A DNA stretch of 64,000 bases from Tubiluchus corallicola (Eukaryota > Animalia > Priapulida), in contig JAQGDQ010000446.1 of NCBI GenBank assembly GCA_030141605.1, positions 1-64,000 of the forward strand. The letters are read 5' to 3'. Shown here one piece after another: positions 54,701-64,000 of this stretch. The translations under genes were made by a program, and so were the position numbers. Every line of letters starts with the position of its first letter. Position 1 is the stretch's first letter. The notes under the pieces were generated by a model, which did no database searches, was not told the origin of the DNA, and saw only the letters and a program-made list of their open reading frames with translations.

Positions 54701-55207
54701 TTAAGGCCAGAAACTGACCTTAACACAAGTGTTGCTGTTGTAGTAGTAGTTGAGGTAGGTGTTGGGTGCTTTACTACTATAATATCGGAAAGTCTCTCTT
54801 TTGAGCTATAAGCCTTGTGTGAAACCATATCAACGTACTACCTACATGTCAGGTTTAGTTGGAAACAAGCTAACATGGGCCTTGAAACAGGCATGGTGTT
54901 CATGAGAAAGGCAAAAGCAGGATGCAAGAAGCCATACACCCATGCCCCCATAAATAAGGCTTCTTTCTGCTTCAAGTAAAACAGTGGCAGTGACTTTTTT
55001 CCACTTTTAGTTGCCACGTGTTTTAGTGTGAAGCTGTATTAAATGCACTATTGATTAGTTTCATCGATTTGGTTAAATTTCAATTTTGTTTTTTTTTAGA
55101 TGATTGGTGTGTTTCTAACGTACTTCATCTTGCTCGTGCAGTTCAAACCTAGCTTGTTTGTGCAACCAACGATGGCACGAAATTCAAGTTTTCTGAACGG
55201 TTCATAA
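51793..55207 (+). CDS. Gustatory receptor/GRL-family 7TM ion channel 2, ~463 aa; exons 51793-52986, 53868-53957, 55100-55207
   Basis: Exon 1 ends KTE|GTAAGA; 90-nt exon IQLFAMKLSSLNIGLTGYRFFTVNRSFILT; last exon MIGVFLTYFILLVQFKPS...; same phase-0 introns as GR1; start could be 51811. Confidence 0.92.
53210..53666 (+). mobile_element. hAT-like MITE family B, copy 3, in GR2 intron 1
   Basis: CAGGGGTGTGCAAATT...AATTTGCACACCCCTG; degenerate TSD. Confidence 0.85.
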
Positions 55208-56361
55208 ATGTTAATTTCTCATACTAAATTTAGATAAAAGAGTTATTTTGGTTGGTGAGGATTGCTTTTTAGAACTAACAATTATTCATAAACAAATACA
55301 GATGTGTCCATATATAATTGTTACACGGAGAGGAATGCAGGCCTCAAAATAGGTTTAGTATTACTAGTGGCAATTTAAAGTCATGCAATACTTTGTTTTA
55401 GATACTTGACTTATTCTCACTGTGTAGTGTTCAATGTTGTAAACAGCTGTTGTTGTTACATTTTACAAGCCATTAACAATAAATGAATAAAATTATATGA
55501 ACTCAAGCGGATACGTAATTTAGGACATTAACTTAACGTTTAAATAGCATATTAGTTAAACTTTATATAATGAGGAAATATTAAAGTTATTACATTAATT
55601 GCATGCCAACCGTAACATGGTGTTTTGAAAAATGTATTATAACTAGCATTAATGAAAACTCCCACTGTTAAAAACCGTTATCTTCACGTCAACGAAAAAA
55701 ATACACCCAATTTCTAACACAAATTTTTAGTTTTTTTATGTTATTAAAGTGTTAGGGTATAAAAATATCGCACTAAAAAGATATGATCTTATTGAAACAA
55801 CACAGAGGCACCGGAAACCAAAGCACAGAAAGTTTTCTGTTGTGTCTAACTCTAAACTTCTGCGATTGAGTTCTGAGACTGGCGCCAAGGATATTGCATT
55901 TCTTTGTATCCGGTTTCGTGAGATATGAGTGCAATATTTATGTCCACTCTGTGAAATGGGAAGAACGTTGTTAGAAAGGCAGCAGAATTACCCCTTTCTT
56001 CCCTCGCCAATTATCCTGCTTAAATGTAAATTTGACTATATGTAAGTAAGTATGTTTATTAGTTTATCACCATTTTTAAAATAGCAAAATACATAACTAT
56101 AGGATTTATAAATCTGTACAACATACAATAATATTTCAAAGTGCAAAAGTAATTATTGATTAGTGGTGAAAGGGTGGCGAAAGAACTATAAGTTATCAAG
56201 GTCAGCCACCCTCTCAGGATTGTTACTAATATAATTTATTAGTTAATGCGCATGTACCAGGTAATTGCATTTAAGACGAATGAAAATTGAATTATTATAC
56301 AAATGTGTTAGTTTATAATAAAATAATGTTCAATAATGGGAAAGAAGAGACACACGTGAAT

Positions 56362-57090
56362 NNNNNNNNNNNNNNNNNNNNNNNNNNNNNNNNNNNNNNN
56401 NNNNNNNNNNNNNNNNNNNNNNNNNNNNNNNNNNNNNNNNNNNNNNNNNNNNNNNNNNNNNNNNNNNNNNNNNNNNNNNNNNNNNNNNNNNNNNNNNNNN
56501 NNNNNNNNNNNNNNNNNNNNNNNNNNNNNNNNNNNNNNNNNNNNNNNNNNNNNNNNNNNNNNNNNNNNNNNNNNNNNNNNNNNNNNNNNNNNNNNNNNNN
56601 NNNNNNNNNNNNNNNNNNNNNNNNNNNNNNNNNNNNNNNNNNNNNNNNNNNNNNNNNNNNNNNNNNNNNNNNNNNNNNNNNNNNNNNNNNNNNNNNNNNN
56701 NNNNNNNNNNNNNNNNNNNNNNNNNNNNNNNNNNNNNNNNNNNNNNNNNNNNNNNNNNNNNNNNNNNNNNNNNNNNNNNNNNNNNNNNNNNNNNNNNNNN
56801 NNNNNNNNNNNNNNNNNNNNNNNNNNNNNNNNNNNNNNNNNNNNNNNNNNNNNNNNNNNNNNNNNNNNNNNNNNNNNNNNNNNNNNNNNNNNNNNNNNNN
56901 NNNNNNNNNNNNNNNNNNNNNNNNNNNNNNNNNNNNNNNNNNNNNNNNNNNNNNNNNNNNNNNNNNNNNNNNNNNNNNNNNNNNNNNNNNNNNNNNNNNN
57001 NNNNNNNNNNNNNNNNNNNNNNNNNNNNNNNNNNNNNNNNNNNNNNNNNNNNNNNNNNNNNNNNNNNNNNNNNNNNNNNNNNNNNNNNNN
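56362..57090. other. Assembly gap (N run)
   Basis: 729 Ns. Confidence 1.
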
Positions 57091-57385
57091 NATCTTTAAA
57101 TGATAATTTAACTATTACGTATTTAAAATTAATGTTGTGAGGACCTTGAGCCAAAGGAAGAAAAAATAATACTTTTCCTCTTGTAGCTAGCAGAAGTGGA
57201 TAAAGCGTCAAACAGTAATATATGAGTTGTCATATATATATATATATATATATATGAGCTGCAAACAGTGAGCAAAACAAAATCAAGTGCAAATGTATTA
57301 TATCAGTAACAGCTAGCCTAACAATTTGACTACAAAGTTATTTTGGCAGGAACTCTGCTTGGTGTACTGAGGTAGTTCTTCTGGG

Positions 57386-57783
57386 CAGGGCCTATTTCAA
57401 GGGGGGGGGGGGGTAAGTGGGGATACTTCCCCGGGGCCTCACCCTCCAGGGGGCCTCGCGCCAAGGTAACATTTTTTGCTTTATGCGAACATACTGCCTC
57501 CTCTCTCCCTCTCTTGCTCTTGCCCCACGCGCGCCGTTTGCTAGTATTAACAAGTTTAAGGACTGATATTGAGAATAAAGCAGTTTTTCTTTCAATTGTT
57601 CTTTCCTTTAACAACTGTATAACTCCATATTTTCTCTTCGAAAATGCTTCTCTGGCGTTCTAGCAGTTCAAAAATTTTCTGGGCGCCAACCACGGTAGCG
57701 TTACAACCCCCCCCCCCCCACCCCCTGATGGGGCCACACACGCCCCACTTCCCCGGGCCTCGCCTAGGCTGAAATAGGCCCTG
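57386..57783 (+). mobile_element. hAT-like MITE related to family C
   Basis: TIR CAGGGCCTATTTCA...TGAAATAGGCCCTG, 8-bp TSD CTTCTGGG/CGTCTGGG; shares GGGCCTCACCCTCCAGGGGGCCTC...GGTAACATTTTTT with family C. Confidence 0.75.
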
Positions 57784-58369
57784 CGTCTGGGACAGTAACC
57801 TCAACACACAGTGATTTCATTTACAGAGCAAACTTTGTAACAAGAAGATTCTCATTTCTGAACATAAACCTAGAAGTAATGATTTTTAGAACATACTGTC
57901 ATCTATGCAGCCAGACCTGGAAACTCAATAATATAAATAACATTTTTAGAGTAATAGTGGCAGTGTGGAAGTTATACCCGAGAATCAACTTTACTGGTGG
58001 AAACGCATTTGCAGTGTGGCTGCTTAACTTGAGAAACAAACACGTAAGGAGACATCATTACCCTTCCGCTCGGCAGCAGTGTAAATGCTTTGCCATTGCA
58101 ATTGAAACAGCCTCCTGTTAAACATTATATTATAAATCATAATAAGACATCATTTATTATGTGTACAGCAAATGCGTGACATGGTGGTACACGTTTTTAC
58201 ATAACATAACTCTTGCATAGACTGAAGCGACTAAGAGCTCATAAAAGTACATTTAAAAAACATGTTTTTCTTGTTGTGCCGGCCAAAGGTAATGATCTAT
58301 TTGAATTCAGATCAGTTAACCTGCATCCTGCTTTGTTTTCTCTATGGTAATGTTCTTATTGTAATCTCT

Positions 58370-61310
<2,941 letters not shown>

Positions 61311-61593
61311 TCATTATAAACAAAATAAATAATTACCTTAAGCAAGCAAAGCATGAACACAATGTCCATGCAAGTGTATAGAGGCAGAGAGAACAAACTG
61401 CAATTCAGCGGTTTTGTTGGTTCGAAACTGTTGTTACCTAATAGGCATAGGAAAACATAGGTTTTAAATTAAAATATCAACTTTGTCCCTTGACTCATTT
61501 TACGTAGAGAGGAGAAAGTCAGTTCTCATTGCGAAACTTGAAGTGTTTGTGTGTAATATTTAGGTGGTTCCAATTTCTGCAAGTATATATACT

Positions 61594-62799
61594 ATGAGGA
61601 AAGTGAAAGTGAGTCCCGCAAAGGATGCTGATGGTATAGCAGAGGTTTTAAAAAATTCCTCAGACAACTCATTATATCAAGCAATTAATCCGCTGATATG
61701 GGCAATGAGAATTTTTGCAATATGGCCGGTCAAAGAAGAACCAAGACATCAGCAAAGGAAAATGTCACGATGGAACTTGTGGCTTGTCTACACAATACTT
61801 GTGTTTTTTGCTATAACAGCATTTTCTCTGATCACACATGGATCACAATCGTCAAGTATCGCTAAAATTGGTGGAAGTAAACTCTTGCTTGTACTTTCAC
61901 TCATCCAGTTCATCCAGTTGTTTTCCACTGGAGCTTTTTTTCTTTTCCGAAGGCAAAAGTTGGCACAATTTTGCCACATCTGGGAGGACTTGTTCAGAAA
62001 TGATGGCAAGGGAGCAGTTGGAAGACCACACAACATTTTTAAACGATTAGCTAGAAGAGAGGCAATCAAAGGAGTTGTTGTGGCAGCTGGGTGTGGAACA
62101 TGTGCAGCTGCTCTGCTTTTAATTTCCAAGTATTTTCAGAATCTTGGTTCTGCACCAACTAACACTTACAGAGTAGATTTAATAAAGACGATGCCACTAC
62201 GAATTGCATTATCTATTATTGCTGCTGTGGTGGTTACTCTACCAATAATGTTTATCAGTACATTATGCAACATCATGACTAATGAACTGGATAATATAAC
62301 ACAAGGCTTCGAACAAGTAGCTAAGAATCTCATCCGGCCACATTTCAAAATTAATCAAGAAGAAGGACATGAAGAATTACGAGATGAAAATAATAAGGAA
62401 ATTGAAACAAGAAGCAGCGACATCTATTTTAAGGAAACTGAAACAAAAGGCAGCAGCATCTATTTTGCAGCTCAATCACTGCGGAGGAGGCACCAGTATG
62501 TCACAAGTATAGTAGCTGAAACCGATGACATCTTCTCATCATATGTAATGCTCTTTTACATATGTTCAATGATTATACTTGCTTTGGAGTTGTACATGAT
62601 GATTGACACTTTTCAAGGCGAAATTACGAACAAGGAAATTGCTAGGCTGTGCAGGATAATCATGTGGTTAGTCACTGAAACATGCAACGTGTTCATACTG
62701 TCAACGTCAGCCGCTAAACTTAATGAGAAAGCGCATGCTCCGTTTCCATTAGTTTTCAATTTTACATCATCATATATGCCAACAGATGAGAAACTTGAG
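61594..62799 (+). CDS. Gustatory receptor/GRL-family gene 3, exon 1 (402 codons); 3' exons expected beyond the right edge
   Basis: Close paralog of GR1 (LYQAINPLIWAMRIFAIWPVKEE, RLARREAIKGVVVAA, LRRRHQYV, LNEKAHAPF); ends KLE|GTATAA at the same donor position. Confidence 0.88.
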
Positions 62800-62922
62800 G
62801 TATAATTTCTTGCATTAAGTATGTATAATATTAAGTATTAAGATAATATTAAGTGTAATTTTTTTCTGCATTAAAATTTATATAGCAGATGTTTAACAGC
62901 CACTCTGTCGATCGGCTGGAGA

Positions 62923-63352
62923 TGTGAAAGTCATGTTTGAAGTTGTAGATCACTCACTGTGTTATGATTGAGTTTAGGCACAGAAGTATGAACAAGAATA
63001 AAAAATCTATAATACATATTTGCACTGCACACAACAGAAAAGTGTTTATTAAAACTACAGACACATGAGTAGCACGACTGCTGCACTGAACACTGAGAGC
63101 GAGAGTCCTGAACTGAACACTGAGAGTTAGAGTGACTAGAAAGCAAAACCAGTCAGTATATATAGGTATAGGTGACCTATACAGACTTGCACAGGCTTCA
63201 CAACAACCATTACTTTTAATGGGGAGAGAACCAGTGAATATGCATTCACTGGACCATACATTTATACTGGGGGTAAGTCAGCTGGTAGAATGTAACAGGA
63301 TTAGCCCATAGATGGCAGCACCTAATTATAATGTACAATTCCAACTTCCACA
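62923..63352 (-). mobile_element. Solo LTR family D, copy 2, in GR3 intron
   Basis: Reverse-complement match to 1386-1772 with TGTG...CACA ends. Confidence 0.7.
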
Positions 63353-64000
63353 ATAGACATGGATTAGTGCAAAGATACTTGAGAGAAGACCGTAGGTCGG
63401 GAAAAATAAAAGAGATGGTTACTAATCAATGTTAGTTGCTTCATAGCTATACAAAAAGCTTTGTAGAACATACAACATAGAACATTTATTTTGTCCAATT
63501 AGTTTAACATCAAAAATGTTAAAATATTAAGTAATTATAGTCACGGAGCAAGGCAGGAAATGACCATAGGGTCATGTAGTCTCCTGCCCTTTCTTATAAA
63601 TAGATTAGTCTATTAAAAATTAAGGGTGATGCTGCAGATAGACATATAGACATCACATAATAACAAAAGCAAAAATATAAAAATAAACATAACAACAATA
63701 GCACAAGTGAAAAAAGAATAATAATAAATGAAGATTATGAATAAGTATCACAATAATTAGTTACGAATTAAATAAAATGATAATTTTGTATAAAATTTTT
63801 GTATAATTTTGTATAAAAATTTTATAAGCATGATGCAAATTTTGATTCTAAATTTCATACATCACTATCATAGTCATTAAAAAGCATGGTTTGATTCCCG
63901 AAAGATATTAAGACAACATAATTTATTTAATCACAAAATGTTTTCGAAAAGATAAGGCAAGAACGTGAATATAAAGTTAAGATAAAATTTAGAGTGGACG

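Noticed and set aside
56287-57211. Long ORFs of X
   Set aside because: Artefact of the N gap
61788-62348. Antisense and alternate-frame ORFs over GR3
   Set aside because: Shadows of the coding strand with no independent features

Overview
AT-rich invertebrate (metazoan) genomic DNA with spliced genes, many transposon relics and one assembly gap (56362-57090). The left part holds a minus-strand secreted pancreatic-lipase-family gene (5 exons visible, running off the left edge) and a two-exon MS4A/CD20-like four-TM gene with a rearranged partial duplicate. The right part (30.3-62.8 kb) is a co-oriented, interleaved cluster of two unrelated receptor superfamilies. It has four intronless class A (rhodopsin-like) orphan GPCRs and three gustatory-receptor/GRL-type 7TM ion-channel genes. 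Two of the latter can be spliced to the diagnostic TYxxxxxQF C-terminal motif through two phase-0 introns that the ORF track misses. Intergenic and intronic DNA contains piggyBac-like (TTAA), hAT-like (8-bp TSD), 7-bp-TSD and TA-TSD MITEs, solo LTRs, LINE fragments, a tRNA-derived SINE and several local duplications. Exon structures were read by eye from GT/AG sites and frame continuity; no database searches were run.
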